Shown here piece after piece: positions 35,618-46,774 of a stretch of 64,000 nucleotides of DNA (position 1 is the stretch's first letter; each line of letters starts with the position of its first letter). Source of the DNA: a bacterium (GTDB lineage Bacteria; Patescibacteriota; Andersenbacteria; UBA10190; CAIZMI01). The stretch lies in assembly GCA_030647555.1 (NCBI GenBank), contig JAUSJG010000027.1, forward strand, positions 15,532 to 79,531, written 5' to 3'. The translations under genes and the position numbers were made by a program. The notes under the pieces are model-generated. The model was not told the DNA's origin and searched no databases. It saw only the letters and a program-made list of their open reading frames with translations.

Positions 35618-36583
35618 TTGTTCGCAAAACGTACGGATACGGTATATAATAGTAGCATGAGAGCAAAAGTTGTGGAAAAGTCGCGGGCAATTCAATTGCG
35701 TAAAAACGGTTTAAGTGTGAAACAGATTGCTCAAAAATTAAGCGTCAGCAAGGGTAGTGTCAGTCCTTGGGTGAAGCTGGTTGTTGTTCCGAAAGAAAAG
35801 AGAAAAAAGATCCGCGAAAGAATGTTAATGGGCGGAGAGAAGGGGAGAAAGAAAATTTTGCGAGGTTGGGATGAATATCGAATATTGCATCCAAAACCGC
35901 CACCATATGTTAAACCAGTCCGTTTAATTGACACTTTTTTTGACAAGTGGTCGCCCGAAATGGCGTATGTGCTGGGCTATTTTGCAGCGGACGGCTGTAT
36001 GTTTCGAAACAAGCGTGGGTCTTATTATATCGAATTTACCTCCACAGACATTGAGTTGATTGCATGTGTAAAAAGTATTTTGGAATCAACAAACAAACTT
36101 GAACGATACAAGCTTAAAAACCCAAAATATAAAATCAGGTATAATATTCAGCTTGGGAGTAAAAGTGCTTTCTTGTCGCTTAATAAACTTGGTTTAACAC
36201 CAAATAAGAGTTTAATAATCAAGTTTCCAGCTGTGCCTGATGAGTATTTGGGGCATTTTTTGCGTGGTAACCTTGATGGCGACGGCTGTGTTACTTTCAC
36301 AAATTATTTTCGAAAAGACAGGGGAAAAAGATATTTGAGTTTAATGATCCGTTTCACCAGTGGAAGTAGAGTGTTTTTAGTCGGGATGAAAAATAGGATT
36401 GAACAAAAAATACCGAATATCGGTGGAAGTTTGATATTATACACTCCAAGGCACCATGTTTTGGCGTATTGCACGTCAAGTGCTAGACAACTGTATAAGA
36501 TAATGTATCCTAATAAATTAGTGCCCTGTCTAAAGCGTAAACGTGACATTTTTCTTAGGGCATTTGAGATTTTGGACCCGTAG
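35618..36583 (+). CDS. Free-standing double-motif LAGLIDADG homing endonuclease with N-terminal helix-turn-helix domain
   Basis: 321 aa. Motif 1 MAYVLGYFAADGCMF and motif 2 LGHFLRGNLDGDGCV (LAGLIDADG consensus). N-terminal LSVKQIAQKLSVSKGSVSPW HTH-like. Last two codons plus stop overlap the 5' acceptor of tRNA-Asp. Confidence 0.85.
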   Translation: MFAKRTDTVYNSSMRAKVVEKSRAIQLRKNGLSVKQIAQKLSVSKGSVSPWVKLVVVPKEKRKKIRERMLMGGEKGRKKILRGWDEYRILHPKPPPYVKPVRLIDTFFDKWSPEMAYVLGYFAADGCMFRNKRGSYYIEFTSTDIELIACVKSILESTNKLERYKLKNPKYKIRYNIQLGSKSAFLSLNKLGLTPNKSLIIKFPAVPDEYLGHFLRGNLDGDGCVTFTNYFRKDRGKRYLSLMIRFTSGSRVFLVGMKNRIEQKIPNIGGSLILYTPRHHVLAYCTSSARQLYKIMYPNKLVPCLKRKRDIFLRAFEILDP

Positions 36584-36648
36584 TTTAATCGGTAAAACAC
36601 CTGCTTGTCACGCAGGAGACAGCGAGTTCGATCCTCGTCGGGTCCGCC
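36574..36648 (+). tRNA. tRNA-Asp(GUC) with encoded CCA
   Basis: Acceptor ggacccg/cgggtcc. D-stem gttt/aaac. Anticodon stem cctgc/gcagg with loop ttGTCac. T-arm gcgag-ttcgatc-ctcgt. Discriminator G then CCA. Confidence 0.8.
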
Positions 36649-36677
36649 AAAAAATACGCCTTTCGGCGTATTTTTCG
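36649..36677. terminator. Bidirectional rho-independent terminator (aaaaaatacgcc-tttc-ggcgtattttt) serving tRNA-Asp and the convergent dsbA-like gene
   Basis: Symmetric hairpin flanked by A-run and T-run. Confidence 0.6.
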
Positions 36678-36694
36678 ATGTTCTACGAAATCTG

Positions 36695-37384
36695 TTACTT
36701 AACCGAATTGACCACTTTTGCCAACTGGTCGGCACCAACAGCGCCCCTTATCGGTGTTGCACCTTTTGGTCCGATAATAATCGAAGTTGGCGTGCCGGTG
36801 ATTTTTGCAACGCGGGCGGCGTCAAGATAGATTTGGGTTTTCGATCCGTATTTGTCCGAGCTTAAACATTGAGAGAACACTGTTCCGTCTAAACCTAAAT
36901 CTGTGCCGATTTTTGCTAAACGGGCCGGATCGATAATGTTTTCCGTGTCGGTGGAAGTATAAATTGCGTCAAGATATTCCCAGTATTTTCCTTGGTCATT
37001 TGCGCAATCCATCGCTTTTTCTTCCACTTGTCCTGTGGGCTTAAACGGAGTTGGACGATAAACAAGACGGACATCCGGGTTTTCGGATAGAACCTTTTTT
37101 AACTCCGGGTAGAAAACACGGCAATATGGACATTGAGTATCCGAATAGAGAACAATTGTTGTGGTCGCTGTCGCAGAACCTTTAATGTAGTCTTGGGCTG
37201 ATACAGCGGGAATAGAGGCTGGATCGAATGGTGGTTCTGTTGGCGCGCTACCGGCTTGTTGAACAGCTGGCTTTGTTGCTGGTGGCACTTTTGCTTTAGT
37301 AAGCAAAAAACCCACGACAACCACAATAACAACTAAAACGATGATTGCCGGTAATGTTGATTTGTTTGATATGTTTTCTTCCAT
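36695..37384 (-). CDS. dsbA: DsbA-family thioredoxin-fold thiol:disulfide oxidoreductase, membrane-anchored
   Basis: 229 aa. N-terminal TM helix. CPYC active-site motif (DTQCPYCRVF). Confidence 0.8.
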   Translation of the reverse strand: MEENISNKSTLPAIIVLVVIVVVVGFLLTKAKVPPATKPAVQQAGSAPTEPPFDPASIPAVSAQDYIKGSATATTTIVLYSDTQCPYCRVFYPELKKVLSENPDVRLVYRPTPFKPTGQVEEKAMDCANDQGKYWEYLDAIYTSTDTENIIDPARLAKIGTDLGLDGTVFSQCLSSDKYGSKTQIYLDAARVAKITGTPTSIIIGPKGATPIRGAVGADQLAKVVNSVK

Positions 37385-37455
37385 AATGATTGATTGAAGT
37401 GTTAGATCTATATGATGAGCATATAGAAAGGATGGAGGAGAAGCAAGCGCAAATT

Positions 37456-37600
37456 TTCAATTATCAATTTTGCAATTTTCAAATAATTTTCAATGATTTA
37501 ATTATTTGATAGCGTCACCATCTTTGAGAATTAGAAGAATTGATAATTATTTGAAAATTGGTCATTGAAAATTGAAAATTTTGTATAATTATTCATATAA
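37456..37600. promoter_or_regulatory. AT-rich divergent promoter region sharing conserved blocks with the htpX upstream region (5318-5450)
   Basis: ttcaattatcaatt...ttttcaa and aaaattggtcattgaaaattgaaaatttt present in both. Confidence 0.45.
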
Positions 37601-37657
37601 ATTCTATATTGGAGATTATGGCTTTTATTTACTGGGATTTTTCTCTATAATGTTCCC

Positions 37658-38167
37658 ATGGGCTTACATGAACAACGAATCGAAAACTTAACACGGGAGA
37701 TATTACTCGTTTTAGACGAGCTGGTGTCGAAAGGCGCGGGCATTCCACGGCCGATTATCGGTCTAAGTAAAGAAATGCCTTTTTTCTTGCCGGTGCAACA
37801 GCGTTGCGTGGCGAAATTAAGGAAGATAGCGCAAGACAATAAGGCGGAATTTCATCCGGCAGTCATTATGATGACGGTGCATCCATATCAGGATCCATCA
37901 AGCAAACGTGTTGCTCAAGTAGCTTTTCCGTATAACGAATTGGTTACGGGTGACGTTATTGATCGTTTGGATGATGAGTCAGAGGTTAAGCTGGCAAAAA
38001 TTGTTATGAAAGACGTGCCGAAGGATTGGGAAAGCGAGCGCGTACTCGATTTACGTATGCAGGCAATCAGTAAGCACGTTCGTTATGGGGAAGTAATGGC
38101 AACAGCAAAAAATGTAAACTTACGCGTTCCGCGAGTAGCGATTCCAGGCAAAGAGTCCGGGGTTTAG
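37658..38167 (+). CDS. Hypothetical protein
   Basis: 169-aa ORF, good coding appearance, no recognisable motif. Confidence 0.4.
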   Translation: MGLHEQRIENLTREILLVLDELVSKGAGIPRPIIGLSKEMPFFLPVQQRCVAKLRKIAQDNKAEFHPAVIMMTVHPYQDPSSKRVAQVAFPYNELVTGDVIDRLDDESEVKLAKIVMKDVPKDWESERVLDLRMQAISKHVRYGEVMATAKNVNLRVPRVAIPGKESGV

Positions 38168-38178
38168 AAGCTATTTGA

Positions 38179-38562
38179 ATGACACTACGCAGTTCACTGG
38201 TAATATTTGGAATTTGGACGGCGTTAGCGCTGGCAACGCTTGTTTTTGTGATTACGTCGGTAGCGCCGGGGGCTAATGGGCTTTATGCGGAAGCCTTTTT
38301 CTTTGGGGCGCTCTTTTTGGCGACAACTGGTGCTATAACAATATTGGGTGTATTTGGTCGTTTGCGTAATTCAACAGAACTTCCGGCAAATCAGCTGGCC
38401 CCCGCATTTAGGCAGGGGATATTGATTGCTATTGCACTTGTGACCGTATTGCTTTTGCAGAGATTTAGAATTTTGCAATGGTGGAACATCCTTTTGCTGG
38501 GAATAATTCTGGTTTTGATCGATTTGGTGTTCGCGAGCACAAAGAGGAGGTCTAAGGTTTAG
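38179..38562 (+). CDS. Hypothetical small membrane protein (four predicted TM helices)
   Basis: 127 aa, hydrophobic segments throughout. Confidence 0.45.
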   Translation: MTLRSSLVIFGIWTALALATLVFVITSVAPGANGLYAEAFFFGALFLATTGAITILGVFGRLRNSTELPANQLAPAFRQGILIAIALVTVLLLQRFRILQWWNILLLGIILVLIDLVFASTKRRSKV

Positions 38563-38605
38563 ATTGCGCGTTGTGGTTTTTTTGTTTTTAGCATAAAATT
38601 GGGCG

Positions 38606-39616
38606 GTGATGACATTAAACGAAGAGCTCTACAAAATCGAACAGGATGCGCAGAAAGCGCTGGAAGAAGCCAAGACAACTGAATATTTGGAGGCCTTCAA
38701 ATTGGAATATCTTAGTCGTCATGGTGTTTTGTCGACTTTTTTAAGGGGAATTAAGGATGCTTCGATTGATGAAAAGCGTACTGTAGGAAGTCGTGCGAAT
38801 ACACTGCGCGCGGAATTGGAACAAAAATATGAATCAAAATTGTCTGTATTAAACAAAGGTTCGGTCAGAAAAATCGATGTCACAGTTCCCGGGAAACGTC
38901 CGGCACAAGGACACTTGCACCCGCTCACGATCGTGCGCCGTGAAATTGAAGATATTTTTTTGAGTATGGGTTTTGAAATTGCTGATACGCCGGAAGTGGA
39001 AGAAGCAAAATTTAATTTCGACTTGGTTAATATGCCGAAAGATCATCCCGCCCGGGATTTGATGGATACTTTTTGGTTAGCAGATGGACGTTTATTGCGT
39101 GCTCATACTTCCGCTGGACAGGGAAGAGTGATGACGGGAAGAAAACCGCCACTTCGTATACTTATTCCTGGACGCGTTTTTCGTAATGAAGCGACAGATG
39201 CTTCGCACGAGTCCACTTTTCATCAATTCGAAGGAATGATGGTTGATAAGGATATTTCCATGGCCGATTTGAAGGGTGTTATTGAGGTAGTGTTAAAGAA
39301 GATATTAAATCGTGATGATGCCAAGCTTCGATTTCGTCCAACGTACTTTCCATTTGTTGAACCGGGCATTGAAACACACGTCTCCTGTTTGTTTTGCAAG
39401 TCTGGTTGTGCGACATGTAAATATTCCGGTTGGATAGAAATTTTGCCGGCTGGGATGATCCATCCCAATGTTTTGCGCAATGTGGGTATTGATTCCACAA
39501 AATATCGCGGTTTTGCCTTTGGTGGCAGTATCGATCGCCTGGCGATGTTGAGGTTTGGTATTAGCGATATTCGCTTGCTTTGGAGTGGAGATCCGTCTTT
39601 CTTAAAACAATTTTAA
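38606..39616 (+). CDS. pheS: Phenylalanine--tRNA ligase alpha subunit
   Basis: 336 aa. Class II motifs. FRPTYFPFVEPG motif 2/3 context. Confidence 0.95.
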   Translation: MMTLNEELYKIEQDAQKALEEAKTTEYLEAFKLEYLSRHGVLSTFLRGIKDASIDEKRTVGSRANTLRAELEQKYESKLSVLNKGSVRKIDVTVPGKRPAQGHLHPLTIVRREIEDIFLSMGFEIADTPEVEEAKFNFDLVNMPKDHPARDLMDTFWLADGRLLRAHTSAGQGRVMTGRKPPLRILIPGRVFRNEATDASHESTFHQFEGMMVDKDISMADLKGVIEVVLKKILNRDDAKLRFRPTYFPFVEPGIETHVSCLFCKSGCATCKYSGWIEILPAGMIHPNVLRNVGIDSTKYRGFAFGGSIDRLAMLRFGISDIRLLWSGDPSFLKQF

Positions 39617-39694
39617 TGGAAATTGTTTTAGGGATTTTCCTTTCGCAGGAGAATCCCTAAAACGGGAGCTTATTGAATAGACTATAAAAATATT

Positions 39695-42037
39695 ATGAAA
39701 ATATCCTATAACTGGCTAAAAGAATACGTAGATTTACCCGTTAATCCGGAGGAAATTGCACGTCTTCTGACCGAACATTCGTATGAAGCGTCGGTTGTTG
39801 GTAACGGGCCTTTAGTTGATTTAAAGCGGATCGTTGTCGGTGAAGTCGTAGAAACCGCGAAACACCCAAACGCCGATCGATTGTCTTTAACAAGAACAAA
39901 AGTCGGTAACAAAGTTTATGAAATCATTTGTGGTGCATCCAACGTGAGAACTGGATTAAAGGTGGCCGTCGCGTTTCCGGGTGTGCAAGTTTTGGATAAA
40001 GAGGGGAATTTGGCAACTTTGGAAAAGGCGGTAATTCGCGGAATCGCCAGTGAAGGAATGTTGTGTTCTGAACGCGAGTTGGGACTTGGGGACAGTCACA
40101 GTGGAATCATGGAATTGCCGGTCGAAACAAAGAATGGCTTAACACTGGACAAATTGTTTGCGCCAAATGTTGTTTTGGATATCGATTTGCTTCCCGATCG
40201 GGCGCCAGATAGCTCATCATATTTTGGTGTTGCGCGTGAAGTTGGCGCCTTGCTACAAAAAAAGACAAAACTACCAAAGGTTTCATTGAAACTTTCAAAA
40301 AAGAATTCTTCCGCGATCAAATTAAATATCGAGAACAAGAATCATTGTCTTCGTTATATAGCGATGGAAATCGACGGAATCAAAAATGGTCCTTCGCCGG
40401 AATGGCTTCAGGATGATCTGCGTTCGCAAGGTATCAAGCCACAAAATCTTATCGTGGACGTTACGAATTTTGTGTTGTGGGAATTGGGTCAACCAACACA
40501 TGCGTTTGATGCGACGGCCATAAACGGACAAATTGGTGTGCGTCAAAGCAAAGCCGGCGAAAAATTGGTTACGTTGGATGACGTGGAACGAGTTTTGCCT
40601 AAAGGCACGTTAATTATTACTTCTAATGATTTGCCGGTGGCAATTGCCGGTGTAATGGGCGGTAAGGCAAGTGCGGTAAAACCTGATACAAGTAAAATTG
40701 TTTTAGAGGCAGCTATTTTCGCGCAACCGATTATCAGACAATTTGTAAATAAAACAAATGTTCGCACTGATGCATCCGATCGGTTTACGCGCGGATTAAC
40801 ACTTGATCATGCCGCTGCTGGAGCAAATCGCGTGATCGAGTTACTTGTTAAGTACGGTGGCGGAAAAGTGGTTGCACAGCAGGAATTTTCCGTAAAGCAA
40901 GAAAAGACAAAATCCGTCACTGTTACGCACCAACAAATAGAAGATGTTTTGGGCACAAAAGTTAAACCGTCTGAAGTTATAAGTATTTTAAAAAGATTGC
41001 AGTTTTCTGTTTCGGAAAAAGCAAAAAAATATGTCGTGAAAGCGCCCTTATTCCGTCGTGATATCGAAATTCCCGAAGATGTAATTGAAGAAGTGGGAAG
41101 AGTACTTGGATACAATAATCTTCCAAGCAGACTTCCGGAAGCACCACTTACACCAACACAGTTGCCCCAGTTAGCAAAAGATATTCGCGTTCTGCAAAAC
41201 GTTCTGCGTGGCGCCGGTTTTCTTGAGGCTTATTTCTATTCAGTCGTTAAAGATAATATTGCGAACATTCTTGAGGTAAACGTCGACGAAAGTTTGGTTG
41301 TGGTTAATCCACTTCGCAGTGATGAAAAATTACTGCGTCAAAGTTTATTGCCGAATATCTTGGGTGCTTCGGAAAATATCGTAAAAAAAGAACTATTGAC
41401 AAGGATTTTCGAAATCGGGCATGTCTATGCGAAGGACTCCTCGGAAAAAAGTTTCTTGGCCGGCGCGATTGTGCGTCGCGGAACAGCAGAAACACAAGAT
41501 TTTTTTGAATTGAAGGGAATTGTTGAATACCTATTGGAACAGTTGGATTTACCGGAGATTACGTTCAAACCACTTGCATCTTGGAATCTTGGTACGGCTG
41601 GTGCATCCATTTCTGTTGGAAAAACAGTGGTAGGAGCAATTGGATTAATCGACCAAGAAATTTTAGGTAAGCTCAAGGTGCGGGGTGGTATCGTGGCATT
41701 TGAAATAGATTTGTCATTAGTCGAAAAATTACAGCGTGAACAAACGACGTATAATCCGCCCTTGCCATATCCAACCGTCGAGCGCGATATAACACTTGTC
41801 TTTCCGGAACAGGTTTTGGTGGATGCGGTGCAAACAATGATTATGACAGCTGGTGGTAAAAATGTTCAGGATGTGGATTTTGTCGATCAGTATGATGATG
41901 AAAAACAGCGTAGCGTGACATTGCGAATCCTATACGGATCATCTGAAAAAACGCTGACCGATGGGGAAGTAAATAGTCTTCAAAAAAATATTTTGTCCGA
42001 ACTGGCAGAAAAACTTGGTGTAAAAGAAAAAGGATAG
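39695..42037 (+). CDS. pheT: Phenylalanine--tRNA ligase beta subunit
   Basis: 780 aa. N-terminal tRNA-binding (EMAP-like) domain with HPNADRLSL. B3/B4 and C-terminal anticodon-binding domains. Confidence 0.9.
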   Translation: MKISYNWLKEYVDLPVNPEEIARLLTEHSYEASVVGNGPLVDLKRIVVGEVVETAKHPNADRLSLTRTKVGNKVYEIICGASNVRTGLKVAVAFPGVQVLDKEGNLATLEKAVIRGIASEGMLCSERELGLGDSHSGIMELPVETKNGLTLDKLFAPNVVLDIDLLPDRAPDSSSYFGVAREVGALLQKKTKLPKVSLKLSKKNSSAIKLNIENKNHCLRYIAMEIDGIKNGPSPEWLQDDLRSQGIKPQNLIVDVTNFVLWELGQPTHAFDATAINGQIGVRQSKAGEKLVTLDDVERVLPKGTLIITSNDLPVAIAGVMGGKASAVKPDTSKIVLEAAIFAQPIIRQFVNKTNVRTDASDRFTRGLTLDHAAAGANRVIELLVKYGGGKVVAQQEFSVKQEKTKSVTVTHQQIEDVLGTKVKPSEVISILKRLQFSVSEKAKKYVVKAPLFRRDIEIPEDVIEEVGRVLGYNNLPSRLPEAPLTPTQLPQLAKDIRVLQNVLRGAGFLEAYFYSVVKDNIANILEVNVDESLVVVNPLRSDEKLLRQSLLPNILGASENIVKKELLTRIFEIGHVYAKDSSEKSFLAGAIVRRGTAETQDFFELKGIVEYLLEQLDLPEITFKPLASWNLGTAGASISVGKTVVGAIGLIDQEILGKLKVRGGIVAFEIDLSLVEKLQREQTTYNPPLPYPTVERDITLVFPEQVLVDAVQTMIMTAGGKNVQDVDFVDQYDDEKQRSVTLRILYGSSEKTLTDGEVNSLQKNILSELAEKLGVKEKG

Positions 42038-42060
42038 GGCAAGAAAACAGGATACAGGAT

Positions 42061-44202
<2,142 letters not shown>

Positions 44203-44212
44203 AGGTTTTTGT

Positions 44213-44405
44213 GGATCACACGCGATAATGGGTCATTTGAGGTAGGCGTAGCGATTCCTCCCTTTTTCAAAGGTTGCACACGCATCGGCGGTGTTACCCT
44301 GATGGGTTAAAGGCGGGGAGGGATTGTGAAGATAAGCACAGTCTAAGCTTCTTATCTTAATCCACCCTCGCCCTCCTTTAAATAAAGGAGGGAAACGACG
44401 GCGTC
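44213..44405. repeat. Composite ~190-bp structured element E1 (left hairpin cctcccttt...aaagg interrupted by a 37-bp segment, middle arms ggcggggagggatt/aatccaccctcgccc, right hairpin ccctcctttaaataaaggaggg)
   Basis: Near-identical modules to E2 at 53056-53246. The 37-bp segment ttgcacacgcatcggcggtgttaccctgatgggttaa (44274-44310) is present in E2 as its reverse complement at 53181-53217. Confidence 0.6.
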
Positions 44406-44517
44406 TTCTTTTTTAATTTGACGTAATTCTGCGTGTACTGCTATCCCGCTATTGCGTGTGATCCGTTTTTGTGTTGTTTATCGTAAAAACTTTGTTTTGT
44501 TGTGTTATCATATACGG

Positions 44518-46263
44518 ATGAATGACCAACAAGATAAAAATCTAATAAGTGAACCTATTAAACCGCCAGTTGTGAATAATCCTATTCCTCAAACAAAGGT
44601 AGTTTCTGACATTATTCCGGAAGTTGATAAAAGTCTTTTGATAAAACCGAATGACCAGCTTTTGAATATAGATCTTCAGTCCAAAGAAAAGATTGCGGAA
44701 GTGAAGCAAAAAAACGACTTTAAAGTGCTAACAGCTGTGCCATTGGTTGTCGATAATAATGCCAGCTCGATACTACTGGGGATTGAAGAGAAAAAACCGT
44801 TTAATCGGTTGTTTATCATTACTCCTTTTTTTCTATTGGTACTTGCCGGTTTTGCCGTGGCTTTCTATAGCGGAGTTCTGCCGTTGCCATTTTGGGGTTT
44901 GACGCATGAACAAGTCATAGAAAAAATGTTTGACGCTATCCCCAATATTCGTTCCGGTCGTTTTGGGATGGAAATCAATTTTAAATCCTCGGCAAGACAA
45001 GCGGGAATGCAAGGATATGATTTATCTCCAATGTTGGGTGGGGCGGGAAACGGCGCGTCGGTTGATGGTGCCGGCGAAAGAGATCGTGTACGGCTTAACG
45101 CAACTAGTGATATTGCGACCGCCTTGGAAGCTTATAAAAAACAGAATGGTAAATATCCGCAATTTCTTAATGATATAAAAATCGTCACTCCTGATATTAT
45201 CCTTGATCCGGCTTCAAAAAACCAATTTGGTTATCGACAAGAAAAGGGCGGAATGGATTTCACACTGCATATACAGATGGAGACCGATCAAGGAATCAAT
45301 AATTTTCGAAATGCCGTGTTGGTAATTCCTTCCGCATCTCTGCAAACTGTCGAGGATAAGTTGGCGGTGGTGCATGCTGATACGCCAAAACTTAAGAAAC
45401 AAAACGTATCGTCTGTTTCAGCAAATACAACACCGGCATATGACCCAACGGTTGTTCTTCAAAATTTACCGTCCGAAATTGACGCAAATCTTCGTTTTTC
45501 CGGTTTAGCTAAACAAGGTATCGCTGGTAGTGACGCGCTTTTGAATATTGACGGTAGTTTAAAATTGAGTGGAATGAGTTTTTCCGCCGGTTTGGGATTG
45601 ATAAAAAAAGGCGATATTGTTTATGGGAAAGTTAAAGAGGTTCCAACGTTGGGTTTCTTTGATCTTGCTGTGCTTAGAGATAAATGGGTCAAGTTGGAGA
45701 AGGCCGATTTAAGCAAATTAGGGTTTAAAGACGCGGATCAGCAGTTACAACAGGAAAATATGGCAAAGTATCTTGTGTTGGCGAAAACATACTTGCAAAT
45801 TCTAAAAGAAGAAAAAGTCTTTTCAGTTGTTAAAGAGTTGCCGAAGACGAAAGATAAAAATGACACTTATTATCATTACGCGGTGAATATTAATAGTGAT
45901 AAAATAGCGGTTATTTACGAAAGATTAAACGCCGAAATAAAGAAGCAATTTGGCGGTAAAGGTGACTATATCAGCGCTGATTTGATCGCTTATCTTCGTG
46001 GTTCGGAATACGCCAAAATCAATAAAATTTCTCAACAAAACACGCAAATAGAGATCTGGATCGATACAAAGAATTTTTGGCCGCATAAATTCACTTCAAA
46101 CTCGGTCTTTGTACCACCGGATAATATTCAAAAATTGAAAGACAAACAGTACCTTGCGCAGGTGACCTTTGATCTATTTGACGTAAATAAGCCAATTGTT
46201 GTCGACGCGCCCACAGAATTTATTTCTCTCGATGATGCGCAGAAACTGGTGACGGGGAAATAG
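44518..46263 (+). CDS. Membrane-anchored hypothetical protein with a pilin-fold-like segment (ATALEAYKKQNGKYP)
   Basis: 582 aa from the ATG at 44518. One TM helix at ~aa 100-125. Motif resembling the conserved alpha-beta loop region of type IV pilins and pseudopilins. Confidence 0.45.
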   Translation: MNDQQDKNLISEPIKPPVVNNPIPQTKVVSDIIPEVDKSLLIKPNDQLLNIDLQSKEKIAEVKQKNDFKVLTAVPLVVDNNASSILLGIEEKKPFNRLFIITPFFLLVLAGFAVAFYSGVLPLPFWGLTHEQVIEKMFDAIPNIRSGRFGMEINFKSSARQAGMQGYDLSPMLGGAGNGASVDGAGERDRVRLNATSDIATALEAYKKQNGKYPQFLNDIKIVTPDIILDPASKNQFGYRQEKGGMDFTLHIQMETDQGINNFRNAVLVIPSASLQTVEDKLAVVHADTPKLKKQNVSSVSANTTPAYDPTVVLQNLPSEIDANLRFSGLAKQGIAGSDALLNIDGSLKLSGMSFSAGLGLIKKGDIVYGKVKEVPTLGFFDLAVLRDKWVKLEKADLSKLGFKDADQQLQQENMAKYLVLAKTYLQILKEEKVFSVVKELPKTKDKNDTYYHYAVNINSDKIAVIYERLNAEIKKQFGGKGDYISADLIAYLRGSEYAKINKISQQNTQIEIWIDTKNFWPHKFTSNSVFVPPDNIQKLKDKQYLAQVTFDLFDVNKPIVVDAPTEFISLDDAQKLVTGK

Positions 46264-46467
46264 GGTGGTAGATCAGTTGTTGAAGTCTTGATTAGCCCTC
46301 TTCGTTATTGATTTTATTTTTTGATCCAGATTTGTATATAGTATTTGGTATGTTGTATATGGGGAAGATGGGCTTGCTACGCTCCATATACTATATACCA
46401 TATACTATATACAAAAGGTCATATCATTTTGGGGTGGGTTACAAGAAAAGGTTCTAAATGCGTGTTG

Positions 46468-46496
46468 ACACCATAAGATATGCCTGTTATTATCCT
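46468..46496 (+). promoter_or_regulatory. Sigma70-like promoter (TTGACA-17 bp-TATTAT) for the secE-nusG-rplK-rplA cluster
   Basis: ttgacaccataagatatgcctgttattat read directly, ~55 bp upstream of the secE ATG. Confidence 0.5.
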
Positions 46497-46552
46497 CATG
46501 AGGTCTCACCGACGCGCAATGCTAATTTTTACCCCGGTGAGCCGAGCACACT

Positions 46553-46768
46553 ATGAATTACATATCCAATATCACCAAACTCCCCCAAGGAGTTGTGTCC
46601 TATATTCGTGATTCACGAACGGAATTAAAGAACGTCCAATGGCCCACTAGGGCCGAGACGATTCGTTATACGATCCTGATTTTGGCTGTTTCGCTGGCTG
46701 TGGCTATTGCCACTGGTGCAGTTGATGCCGGTCTCACCTATGTTATCCAAAAATTCGTCCTTAAATAA
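46553..46768 (+). CDS. secE: Preprotein translocase subunit SecE
   Basis: 71 aa. Single C-terminal TM helix preceded by the NVQWPTRAET-like motif. Confidence 0.85.
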   Translation: MNYISNITKLPQGVVSYIRDSRTELKNVQWPTRAETIRYTILILAVSLAVAIATGAVDAGLTYVIQKFVLK

Positions 46769-46774
46769 CAAACG

